Assembly: GCF_004010195.1 (NCBI RefSeq)
Contig: NC_057718.1
Location: forward strand, 55,370,621-55,419,360
DNA length: 48,740 nucleotides
Direction of reading: 5' to 3'
Origin: Chiloscyllium plagiosum
Taxonomy: Eukaryota
Both the position numbers and the translations under genes were made by a program. The notes under the pieces were generated by a model. That model searched no databases. It saw only the letters and a program-made list of their open reading frames with translations, and was not told the origin of the DNA. Numbering within the stretch: position 1 is the first letter of the stretch; each line of letters begins with the position of its first letter. This document shows positions 24,453-36,222 of this stretch, one piece after another.

Positions 24453-25245
24453 AAAATCACATGACTATAGTCCAACAAATTTATTTGAAACGGCAAGCTT
24501 TCAGAGCCCTGGCTCCTTCCTCAGGCAGCTAGTGAGAGAGAATGCATCGGACACAGAATTTATAAGTAAATGATCAAAGGGTCATACAACGCATGCGACA
24601 ATATTGAACAAACCTAGATGGCTATTAAGTCATTAATCCATTTGAATGGGGGTGCAGGCTTTGATTGAATGATATGTAAATCCCAGAATTTCTTTTAAGT
24701 CACTGCCCTAAGATAACTTCAAGTTTTGTCTGAATGAAGGTGACACCTCTGGTCAGACAATGAATGTTAGGTGTGAGGCCATGTTTCAAGTCTGTTTGTA
24801 TCTGTCAGACCTCCATTTTAATTGATTAAAGATTTAATAGCCATCTAGGTTTGTTTAGTACATTCACATAAGTTGAATGATCCTTTGACCTTTTACTTCG
24901 AATAAATCGGACACAGAATATGTCAGTACAAGATCAAAGGGTCATACAATTTATGCACCTTTATTCTGATAAAACCTGAGTTATCTTGGGCAGTGACTTT
25001 GAAGAAATTCTGAGATTTACATATTAATCAAAACCTGCACCCCATTCTAACAGATCAAAAACGTAATAGCCATCTAGGTTTGTCCATTACATTTGCATAA
25101 GTTATATGATCCTTTGATCTTTTACTTATTGTGTCCAATGCATTCTGTCTCACTAGCTGCCTGAGGAAAGCTTGTTGGACTATGACGTGGTGTTGTGTGA
25201 TTTTTGACTTTGTCCACCCAAGTCCAATACCGGCACGTCCACATC
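24453..25245. mobile_element. PLE-derived foldback element (~250-290 nt inverted arms with an inner inversion)
   Basis: 24453-24742 is the reverse complement of 24956-25204; hammerhead-like motif at 24493-24526 (-). Confidence 0.8.
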
Positions 25246-25456
25246 GTTCCTAAAATATAGCTGTTGAGAACTGAACTTAATACTACGGCGAGGACAGAAC
25301 TAGTGTTATCATAAACTTCTGGCTTTTTCACTCTATCCCTCAATTTATAAAGCCTAGGATTCCCATGATCTGCTTTCTTAAACTGTCACATTAGCTTTAA
25401 AAATTTGTGCATGAGCACCCGAGGTGCCCCTCTTCTGACACCATCTTTGAAATTGA

Positions 25457-25552
25457 ATCACGCAATCACCTGATGAAGGAGCGTTGCTCCGAAAGCTAGT
25501 GTGCTTCCAATTAAACCTTTTGGACTATAACCTGGTGTTGTGTGATTTTTAA
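25457..25552 (+). mobile_element. 96-nt PLE pseudo-LTR mini-insertion with TSD
   Basis: flanked by ctttgaaattga at 25445-25456 and 25553-25564; tail ttggactataacctggtgttgtgtgattttt shared with ~25175-25205. Confidence 0.85.
25467..25501 (+). ncRNA. minimal type-I hammerhead ribozyme with intact catalytic core
   Basis: CAC-CUGAUGA-A-GGAGC(GUU)GCUCC-GAAA-GCUA^GUG; helix I CAC/GUG, perfect 5-bp helix II, palindromic AGCU helix III. Confidence 0.85.
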
Positions 25553-26047
25553 CTTTGAAATTGAGCCATTTAACATGTATTGCCTCATCCCATTTTCAAA
25601 TGATATCCTGTGATGAGAAGTATCCAGTAAGGGCAAAATTTAGATGAACATAAGGAAAGATCAGGAATAGATGGTAAATAAATGGTTAATCCATGACCGG
25701 GGTGATACAGCATTGGAGAGTAGCATTTCTTCTAATATTTGTGATTTTTCTTTTCAAATAATGGCTCTGTTGTATTGTCATGTGTGTTGTCTCTCATCCC
25801 AGTGCATTTTGATTTCCCACCACTCCCTTAAGATGCTGTTAAAGCCGTGAGCTATCTCCGTGCAGAGGAGCCTCAATTATCCGAATGTCAATTATTCGAA
25901 TTTTGGAATTTCCTCACAAGATCGCAAGGTCCCAATGCTTGGCTAAACTGTGTTATCCGGCATTTGATTATCTAAACAAAATACTTCCTGCCCATGTCGA
26001 TCAGATAATTGAGGTTCCTTTGTACTATCAGATACTGGGTCTCAATG

Positions 26048-26510
26048 TCATAAGACATAGAAGCAGAAATAGGTCGTTTGGCTCATTGAGATTGCCCTGC
26101 CATTCAGTGAGATCATGGCTGATCTAATAATCCTCAACTTCACTTTCCTGTTTTTTATTCTCCAAACCCGAGACTCCTTTACTGATGAAAGATTTGTCTG
26201 TGTCAGCCATGAATATACAGCCCAACCTCCACAGTAACCATCTATAGTTAGGAATTCCACAGATTCACTATCCTCTGCAAGAAGAATTTCCTCCTCATCC
26301 CTATCTTAAATGGTCAACACCTTGCTCAGAGATCATGTCCCTGGTCCAAGATTCTCCCAAAAGGGGAATGAACCTCTCTGCATCTACCCTTTCAAATCCC
26401 CCGTGAATCCATTTGTTTCAGTAAAGTCACCTCACATTTTTCAAAGCTTCAATGAGTACAGATCCAACCTACTCAACCTCTCTTCATAAGCAAATTTCTC
26501 CATACTTGGG
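26048..26510 (-). mobile_element. CR1 LINE 3' end
   Basis: cataagacatagaagcagaaatagg tail; antisense RRKFFLQRIVNLWNS. Confidence 0.8.
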
Positions 26511-26739
26511 ACCTTTCTAATTTCTGGGGAAGGTATGACCTGTACAAGCCCGACAGTTGCACCAGAACCAGAACCAAGTCAATGTCCTTGATTCTCGGTT
26601 TGCTAGTGCTGTTACTGGGGGTTTCTGGCAGTGGTCTGAGATACGAGTGAAGTACAATAGGAGGTTATGCACAGAAAAATATAGAAGAAAAATCAAGTCA
26701 GTCTAGAAGACAGTGCAAATACAATCCAATTAAGGCTCA

Positions 26740-29700
26740 AGGATGGCATTTATTTTAATGCAAAGAGTCTTGCGAGTGAGGCAGATGAGTTGAGGGTGTT
26801 GACTAACAGACAGATATGTAGGCATATCTCACGTGTAAAATAAATAGGGTGATAATAGTAGGAGATTTAAACTTCCTCAATATTAACTTGAATAGACAAA
26901 GTGTGAAAGGCTTAGAGGAGGACAGAATTCTTAAAATGTGTTCAGGAGAGCTTCTTAAGCCAGCATTTAAGAGGAGGTGGTGGAAGTGGGTGTAATAGCA
27001 ATGTTTAAGAGGCATTTTGACAGATATATGAATAGGCAGGGAATAGTGGGATTTGGGCCTCTTGCTGAGATATTTGTATCATCGATAGTCACAGGTGAGG
27101 TGCCGGAAGACTGGAGGTTGGCAAACGTGCCACTGTTTAAGAAGGGCAGTAAAGACAAGCCAGGGAACTATAGACCAGTGCGCCTGACCTCAGTGGTGGG
27201 CAAGTTGTTGGAGGAAATCCTGAGGGACAGGATGGACATGTATTTGGAAAGACATGGACCGATTAGGGATAGTCAACATGGTTTTGTGCGTGGGAAATCA
27301 TGTCTCACAAACTTGATTGAGTTTTTTGAAGAAATAACAAAGAGGATTGATGAGGGCAGAGTGATAGGTGTGATCTATATGGACTTCAGTAAGGCGTTCG
27401 ACAAGGTTCCCCATGGGAGACTGATCAGCAAGGTTAGATCTCATGAAATACAGGGAGAACTAACCATTAGGATACAGAACTAGCTCAAAGGTAGAAGACA
27501 GAGGGTGGTGGTGGAGGGTTGTTTTTCAGACTGGAAACCTGTGATCAGTGGAGTGCCACAAGGATCGGTGCTGGGCCCTCTACTTTTTGTCATGAATATA
27601 AATGATTTGGATGCGAGCATAAGAGGTACAGTTAGTAGGTTTGCAGATGACACCAAAATTGGAGGTGTAGTGGACAGCGAAGAGGGTTACCTCAGATTAC
27701 AACAGGATCTGGACGAGATGGGCCAATGGGCTGAGAAGTGGCAGATGGAGTTTAATTCAGATAAATGCGAGGTGCTGCATTTTGGGAAAGCAAATCTTAG
27801 CAGGACTTATACACTTAATGGTTAAGGTCCTAGGGAGTGTTGCTGAACAAAAAGACCTTGGAGTGCAGGTTCATAACTCCTTGAAAGTGGAGTCGCAGGT
27901 AGATAGGATAGTGAAGAAGGCGTTTGGTATGCTTTCCTTTATTGGTTAGAGTATTGAGTACAGGAGTTTAGAGGTCCTGTTGCTGCTGTACAGGACATTG
28001 GTTAGGCCGCTGTTGGAATATTGCGTGCAATCCTGATCTTCCTATCGGAAAGATGTTGTGAAACTTGAAAGGGTTCAGAAAAGATTTACAAGGATGTTGC
28101 CAGGGTTGGAGGATTTCAACTACAGGGAGAAGAAGCTGAACAGGCAGGGGCTGTTTTCCCTGGAGCGTCGGAGGCTGAGGGGTGACCTTATAGAGCTTTA
28201 CAAAAGTATGAGGGGCATGGATAGGATATATAGGCAAAGTCTTTTCCCTGGGGTGGAGGAGTTCACAACGAGAGGGCATAGGTTTAGGGTGAGAGGGGAA
28301 AGATATAAAAGAGACCTAAGGGGCAACTTTTTCACGCAGAGGGTGGTACGTGTATGGAATAAGCTGCCAGAGGAAGTGGTGGAGGCTGGTACAATTGCAA
28401 CATTTAAGAGGCATTTGGGTGGGTATATGAATAGGAAGGGTTTGGAGGGATATGGGCCGGGTGCTGGCAGGTGGGACTAGATTGGGTTGGGATATCTAGT
28501 CGGCATGGACGGGTGGGACCGAAGGGTCTGTTTCCATGCTGTACATCTCTGTGACTCTATAACTGTATCGAGGCAAAAGTTTTTTAGTTTAGAAAGGCAT
28601 CATGTTTCAGTGTAGTTTTGGTGCGCTGAAGGGCCTGTTACAGTTTGTTACTGTTTTTTGTTCTTTAGCAAAAGAAAATCCTCCAAGAGAGCTGGACATA
28701 GGTTTGGAGAACAAAGCCGGGCAAGTGGTAAATGTGGTTGTGGGTTAAGAAATTAATTCTAGAAGTGTATTAGGGGAGAGTGAATAACCAGGGAAAGAGT
28801 AGTGTCCATCAGAGGCCAATGTGGCATCTGTATTTAGAAGAAGAAAACATAACTAAGGTTTTAACTGAGCACATTGTATCTATTATCATGGTAACAAAGG
28901 ACATTGTAGATATAGAAATCAGGGTTACAAACTGTGATGTACTTAAATGAGTTATCACTGAGAGCGCAAATTGTTAGCAATCTTAGTGGGCTGGAATGCA
29001 GTTAAATTCCCAAGCCCAGATGAGGTCTCTCCCAGGCTGCATGGGAGTTGAGGAATCAGATTTCAGGGCCTCTGCCATTCGTTTTCAAATCCTCTCTGAT
29101 CGTTGGAGTGGATACCAGTTGACCAGAGTACAGATAATATGGTGCCATATTCAAGAAGGATGTTAAAGTCACTGGCCTGTAGTTTCCTGGTTTATCCCTA
29201 ACAGCTGTGTAAGGAAGTTTTTGAAAAATGTTTTGAGGGACGGAATTATTCTCCACTTGGAGAGGAAAGAACTAATCAAGGATAGTCAGCCTGGCTTTGT
29301 AAGGGGGAAACGAAATCCAACAAATTTGAATGTTTTAAGGAGGTGACTTGGTGTGTTAATGAAGCTGGTGCAACTAATGTAGTTTATATGTACTTCATTA
29401 ATCCTTTTGACCAAGTTTTGCACGGCAGACTGATTGTGAAGCTAAGACCCCAAGGGACCCAGGGTAAACTAGATCCAAGATTGATCTGGTGGCAGGAAGC
29501 GGAGGCTGTTGGTTGAAGGTTGTTTTTGTGACTGGAAGCTTGTATCCATTGCCGCACCACAGGGTTCTGTGCTGGGTCCCTTGCATCTTGTAATGTACTT
29601 TAATGATCAAGACATAAAAATAAGAATTTAATTAGTAAGTTCACAGATGACACAAAAATCGGTAAAGTGCAAGGGGGAAAGTTTAGACTACAGGGCGATA

Positions 29701-30530
29701 TAGTTGGGTTGGGCAGAATAATGGCAAATTGCATTTAATCCTGAAAAATAAGAGGTGATGCATTTTGGAAGGACTAACAAGATGAGGGAGTACATGTTCA
29801 ATAGTACGACCAGAGGAAGTACAGAGGATCAGATGGACCTTGAGATGAATAACCATAGATCCTTAAAGGCAGGAGGATAGGTAGATAAGGTGGTTAAAAA
29901 GGCTTATGGGATATTTACCTTTATTCATCAAGGCATTGAACAGAAGAACAAGGTGGTTATGATGGGGACTTGTATATAACATCAGTTAGACAGCAGTTAG
30001 AGTACTGTGCAGTTCTGAAAAATGTGATTGCATTAGAGAAGGTACAGAAGAGAAACGGTATGTTGCATGGGCTGGACCAATTCAGCTATGATAGGTTGGG
30101 GTTATTTTTCTTGGAACAGGGAAGGCTGAGGGGGAATTCTAATTGAGGTATACAAAATTCAGATAGGCCTTGGCATGGTAGATAGGGAGAAAATTGTCCC
30201 ATAATAGAGGAGTTAATAACTGGGGGTGGGAACGTTGGGGGGTTGCAGTTTTAAGGTAAAGAACAGGAGATTAAGGATCGAGGGGGGAAAAAAAATGAAA
30301 ATTCATCCCGAGGTTGTGGATATCTGGAACTCTTTGCCTAAAGGTATTGTTGAGGCAGAAATCCTCAAGACAATTTAAGGACTGTTAAGCTGAACATTTG
30401 AAATGCCAAAGCATACAAGGGTAGGGGCCAAATGCTGGAAAATAGGACTAGAAAATATGGATGTATGCTGACTGGCATGGTCACAATGGATTGAAGGGCC
30501 TCTTTCCGTGATATGAAAGCTCTGATTCCA
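26740..30530 (+). mobile_element. old CR1 LINE (endonuclease to tail), interrupted at ~26971-28647
   Basis: IIVGDLNFLNIN at ~26852; KFPSPDEVSPRL; KDSQPGFVRG; KFTDDTK at ~29637; tail tgaagggcctctttccgtg. Confidence 0.75.
27055..28567 (+). mobile_element. young 5'-truncated HER1-type CR1 LINE
   Basis: near-intact [69 protein letters not shown]; a few stops and frameshifts. Confidence 0.95.
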
Positions 30531-31097
30531 CTAGTCCCAGGGTCACCCTCAATACTGAATAATTATGTCTGGTGCAATCTGGCTGAACATCCATGAACAG
30601 GAGTAGGCCATTCAGGATCTGAGTCATTCTGTCATTCAGTACCTCACCGTCATTTACCTACCGTATTGCTTGATAACCTGTTACCGAACATACCTCTGAA
30701 AATCGAAAATATGTTGACTCAACATCCATAATCTTTTCTAGGGAGAGTGTTCTTTATTTCTATTAAACATGGGTGCAAAAGTAATCTTTAATCTCTTTCA
30801 TAAAAGCCCTTCCTTACTCACTATGTGCAACCTCAGAAGATCTTCAACGAAAGAAGACTTGTGCGAAATGTTTCAATATGCATCACATTTTCCCTTTGCA
30901 GATTGATTAACTTGCCCAAGCCACCACCATCACCAAAACCCTGCCTTACTATAAAAAATGCCTACATTCCAGCTCAACCTAGTAGTGCATCTGCTGATCA
31001 AATATAAATATAGGATGACAGTTCTTGCTTTAACTGTAATGCTATGGTTTCTTATTTTTGATTGAAATAAGAGATATCAAAATAACACAATACATAT

Positions 31098-31881
31098 TAG
31101 AGTCATAGAGATGTACAGCACGGAAACAGACCCTTCGGTCCAACTCATCCATGCCGACCAGATATCCCAACCCAATCTAGTCCCATCTGCCAGCACCTGG
31201 CCAATATCCTTTCAAACCCTTCCTATTCATATACTCATTCAGATGCCTTTTAAATGTTGCAATTGTACCAGCCTCCACTACTTCCTCTGGCAGCTCATTC
31301 CATTCACGTACCACTCTCTGTGTGAAAAACTTGCCCCTTAGGTCTCTCTTATATATTTCGCCTCTCACCCTAAACCTATGCCCTCTAGTTCTGGACCACC
31401 CCACTCCAGTGAAGAGACTTTGTCTATTTATCCTATCCATGCCCCTTGTGATCTTATAAACCTCTATAAGGTCAGCCCTCAGCTTCCGACGCTCCAGAGA
31501 AAACAGCCCCAGTCTATTCAACCTTTCCCTGTAGCTGAAATCCTCCAACCCTGGCAACATCCTTGTAAATCTTTTCTGAACCCTTTCAAGTTTCACAACA
31601 TCCTTCTGAACGCAATGTTCCAACAGTGGCCTAACCAATGTTCTGTACAGCCGCAGCATGACCTCCCAAGTCCTGTACTCAATACTCTGACCAATGAAAG
31701 AATGTATACCAAATGTTGTCTTCACTATCGTATCTAACTGCGACTCTACTTTCAAGGAGCTATGAACCTGCACTCCAAGGTCTCTTTGTTCAACAACACT
31801 TACCATTAAGTGTATAAGTCCTGTTAAGATTTGCTTTCCCCAAAATGCAGCTTCTCGCATTTATCTAAATTAAGCTCCATT
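31098..31881 (-). mobile_element. young HER1-type CR1 3' fragment
   Basis: 227-aa antisense ORF nearly identical to the translation of ~27770-28480; tail tagagtcatagagatgtacagc. Confidence 0.93.
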
Positions 31882-32375
31882 TTACAAGAGTTGACAGCAA
31901 AGTTTTCATTTGTGCGTTTGAATTCCTTCATTAAGAATTTTACTTGAATGTTTTCACATCTTTTAAATTGCTTGGAGTCTGCAGTTGATTGTTATCCCAC
32001 AGAGGTCTGAAATTTTGGCCTTTTTTTCTCGACCCAAAAAGATTTCAAGATTCTTACGTTTTGCAGAGGACCATTAGTGTTTGCAAATTTTTATGGAGCT
32101 TTGGGGGCAATTTAACCATGTTTTGTCCTTCGTTTTGGGATCAGTTTATGAGCTTCTTATGGCACCTGTGTATTGCTGCTCAGTCTGTCTCCATATGACT
32201 GGATCACAAATAACAAAACTTTACTTGTATTTTTTTCCATCTTCAGCCACTTTCATCTCCTATAGGTAACCTTAATTTTGCCAGGAACATTAGCTATTAT
32301 TCATTTCATTTTTAATGCAGTTCAGTGAGTAATTAATTAATTAAAGGTTGACATTACTGAATACCAATCTTACAG

Positions 32376-32534
32376 GCCTGGGAAAGACTGGAAAAAGCTG
32401 AACATGAACGAGAACTGGCATTAAGGACTGAGTTGATCAGACAAGAAAAGCTGGAACAACTTGCACGTCGATTTGATCGTAAAGCTGCTATGAGGGAAAC
32501 CTGGCTAAGTGAAAACCAGCGCCTTGTCTCTCAG
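32376..32534 (+). CDS. SPTBN1: beta-II spectrin exon
   Basis: cag|GCCTGG...TCTCAG|gtgatg; [53 protein letters not shown]; 159 nt. Confidence 0.96.
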
Positions 32535-34473
32535 GTGATGTTTTATCTGATTTCAATATACAGCAAAAATAATATAGTTTTAAATCAATTCATTTTATCA
32601 AGGTTTTAGAATGCTTTTATAACTCAGAATTTGAAACTACAGTATTAAATGAGTGAAGGTGAAGGCTGATGCTATCGTTCTTATTCATTTAATGTTTCAT
32701 AAACAGCTGGTTGGACTTGAGATAATCCAGGTACAAAGAGCTCACTTATTATATTAAAATAAAAATCATTATCTATGTTTAATAGAAGTCAAATACAACT
32801 GGTAATATATTATCATTGATAATGTTCAAGTCGGAATAAATACCACAATCAACGATCATAAAATAAACAATTTCAGGTGATTCTTGCAGCTCCAGAAGTC
32901 TTTTTGCTGTCCAAGTTCAGAACATAACACAAAACAACTTTTCCAGGTCATCTCTATATAAGCATCAGTTATATGGTGGTACACAAAAATAAGGAGACCT
33001 ATGATCATGGATTTATTTTTCAGTGCCTCTCTTCCAGAACTTATGCACTACTTTAAAGTCATCGGCAATCATTCCCTAATAACTATTGTCCACCTCAGAA
33101 ATTCCCTGTCACTGATCATGCATTCTAAGGGTTCTTGTGTGGCTGATGAGCCTGATCCTAGAAACATATCCCTGACCACACATTTGGTGGGTGTTTCTGG
33201 GAAGTGGAACTGGGCTCTGGCCTTAATTATGAGCATTCCTTTCTCTGGTTCCTTCTCCATACTTTCTTTTGTCGAAGGGTGTTCTCAAAGAATTGTATCC
33301 CTTCATATAGGAGATTCCTCCAAATCAGATTCTTCTGGACAGGAGTCTCCCATGCTTTGATATTTGTTACATTTCTTGAGGTTAGCCTTCAGAGACTGTT
33401 TGAAATGCTTCCCTGGTCATCTTTTCATTTGAGTGCCTTCCTTGAGCTAGGCAAAGAAGATTTGCCAAGGTAGTCAAAATTCAGGCATGCTCAGCATGTG
33501 GCTGATCCAATGGAAGTTGGTTTCAGATAATCATATTCTCATTGCTGGTGTTGTTGACTCCTTCAAGGGTGCTAATATAAAGAATCTGTCTCAAACCGCT
33601 TTGGTGGTACTTCTCCCAGGCCTTGAGGTGGCATCTATACATAGTTCCAAGTTTCAGAGTCATAAAGGCAGTTGCCTTAAAAACAAGGGTCTTGATATCT
33701 GTACAAATGTTTTGGTTGTCAAAGGGTCTCATCCGTAAAAATTCTAAGGTGGTGCTTGTGGATTGGACCTCCATGTCAAAATCAGCAGTAGATGAGAGGT
33801 GGCACCCCAGATAGGGAAAATGTTCCATGTTTGGAGGATTTTTCTGTTGATCTAAATGGTGGGATTGACCAGAACCTGCCCTGGTAAAGGACTTGAGTCG
33901 TCTTCAGATTGAGACTGAGGCCAGTTGTTTGGTATACTTCCGCAAAGATGATAGTGAGGCTTGAAGATTCTCTTCCACAAAAGTATAGATGACATTGTCA
34001 TTTGAATACTGAAGTTTCGCAAGCAAGGTTGGTGTTCTTTTTTCCTTTGGACTTCAACCTATTGAGGTAGAAAACCTTTCCGTCTCTCTTTTAGACAATG
34101 TCCAAACCACTGGAATGCTTATTCTTGACCAGATAAAGGATGGTGGCGATGAAGATGGAAAAAAGATTGGGGCAATAACAAATGTCTGCTTGACCTCAAA
34201 GGATTCTGTCATAATATTGTCAGAGAGGGCTGTCACCAACTTCTTGTTCTAGAAAAGATGGAGAATGTTGATGAATTTCTGTGGACACCATGGTCTTCCA
34301 TAACACTTCCCAATTGACTAACTCAAAAACCTTGATCAGATAAATGAAGGCCTTGTATATTTCCACAGTTCATATGGGCTGACTCCCTAACAGATTTCTT
34401 CAGAGAATGGAGAAGGTGCCCAGTGAGGATTCAGGAAATGATTTTCCCAGCGATGGAGAGTAGGCAGAACTCT

Positions 34474-35802
34474 ATGTATTGGCAGGAGAATCGACGTTTT
34501 GGGCATGAGCCCTTCTTCAGGAATGAGGAAAGTGTGCCAAGCAGGCTAAGATAAAAGGTAGGGAGGAGGGACTTGGGGGAAGGGTGTTGGAAATGCGATA
34601 GGTGGAAGGAGGTTAAGGTGAGGGTGATAAGGTGATGATAGGCCAGAGTNNNNNNNNNNNNNNNNNNNNNNNNNNNNNNNNNNNNNNNNNNNNNNNNNNN
34701 NNNNNNNNNNNNNNNNNNNNNNNNNNNNNNNNNNNNNNNNNNNNNNNNNNNNNNNNNNNNNNNNNNNNNNNNNNNNNNNNNNNNNNNNNNNNNNNNNNNN
34801 NNNNNNNNNNNNNNNNNNNNNNNNNNNNNNNNNNNNNNNNNNNNNNNNNNNNNNNNNNNNNNNNNNNNNNNNNNNNNNNNNNNNNNNNNNNNNNNNNNNN
34901 NNNNNNNNNNNNNNNNNNNNNNNNNNNNNNNNNNNNNNNNNNNNNNNNNNNNNNNNNNNNNNNNNNNNNNNNNNNNNNNNNNNNNNNNNNNNNNNNNNNN
35001 NNNNNNNNNNNNNNNNNNNNNNNNNNNNNNNNNNNNNNNNNNNNNNNNNNNNNNNNNNNNNNNNNNNNNNNNNNNNNNNNNNNNNNNNNNNNNNNNNNNN
35101 NNNNNNNNNNNNNNNNNNNNNNNNNNNNNNNNNNNNNNNNNNNNNNNNNNNNNNNNNNNNNNNNNNNNNNNNNNNNNNNNNNNNNNNNNNNNNNNNNNNN
35201 NNNNNNNNNNNNNNNNNNNNNNNNNNNNNNNNNNNNNNNNNNNNNNNNNNNNNNNNNNNNNNNNNNNNNNNNNNNNNNNNNNNNNNNNNNNNNNNNNNNN
35301 NNNNNNNNNNNNNNNNNNNNNNNNNNNNNNNNNNNNNNNNNNNNNNNNNNNNNNNNNNNNNNNNNNNTGGAGGAAGAGCGCCTCATCTTCCGCCTGGGAA
35401 TCCTCCAACCACAAGGGATGAACTCAGATTTCTCCAGTTTCCTCATTTACCCTCCCCCTACCTTGTCTCAGTCCCAACCCTCAAACTCAGCACCACCTTC
35501 CTAACCTGCAATCTTCTTCCTGACCTCTCCGCCCTCTCTCCCACTCCGGCCTATCGCCCTCACCTTATCACCTCACCTTAACCTCCTTCCACCTATCGCA
35601 TTTCCAACGCCCCTCCGCCAAGTCCCTCCTCCCTACCTTTTATCTTAGCCTGCTTGGCACACTTTCCTCATTCCTGCAGAAGGGCTCATGCCCGAAACGT
35701 TGATTCTCCTGCTCCTTAGATGCTGCCTGACCTGCTGCGCTTTTCCAGCAACACATTTTCAGCTCTGATCTCCAGCATCTGCAGTCCTCACTTTCTCCTC
35801 GA
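34474..35802 (+). mobile_element. Penelope-like element with inverted pseudo-LTR spanning the assembly gap
   Basis: EEERLIFRLGILQPQGMN GIY-YIG C-terminus after the gap; 34482-34649 inverted at 35543-35712; TSD agaactct at 34466-34473 and 35803-35810. Confidence 0.85.
34650..35367. other. assembly gap (718 N)
   Basis: run of n. Confidence 1.
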
Positions 35803-36129
35803 AGAACTCTCAGTAATACCCAGAGTTGATTTGACTCCTTCCTTGAAGATGGTGGCGATAGCAGCATTCCTGAGATCAGGGATTTCTTCATTGTCCCAGA
35901 TTTACATTAACAGTTGAAGGAGATGAAAGGTAAATTCTGCTCCTCCAAGTTTGAAAATTACCTCTGGAATCCTATCCCATTTGTGCAGCTTTTCCAAACT
36001 TTGTATGTAACTTCAACCTCTGCCACGTTAGATGATATTCCAAGATCATATTCCAAGATCATCTTTGGTGGAGAGTTGGAGGATTTCCTCAAAGATGTCC
36101 TCTTCTACAATTTTTCTGCAGTGTAGGAG

Positions 36130-36222
36130 TTATAGAGTCATAGAGATGTACAGCATGGAAACAGACCCTTCGGTCCAACCTGTCCATGCCAACCAGATAT
36201 CCCAACCCAGTCTAGTCCCACC
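36130..36222 (-). mobile_element. HER1-type CR1 3' tail fragment inside the RTE
   Basis: matches ~31098-31188. Confidence 0.85.

Larger units (their letters stand above)
23985..25620 (-). mobile_element. old CR1 3' fragment hosting two PLE-derived insertions
   Basis: decayed CR1 tail at ~24000; ctgcaccc...cttcacatcc...agaactgaacttaatact follows the CR1 antisense consensus across the inserts. Confidence 0.55.

Noticed and set aside
26977..28480. Apparently functional reverse transcriptase gene
   Set aside because: 5'-truncated CR1 with a stop at 27481, frameshifts and a chimeric start; not autonomous.
34431..35504. Long ORFs of 277-327 aa
   Set aside because: Artefacts of translating through the N gap.
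36035..36062. Tandem duplication atattccaagatc x2
   Set aside because: Small local duplication in a dead RTE; no sign of function.
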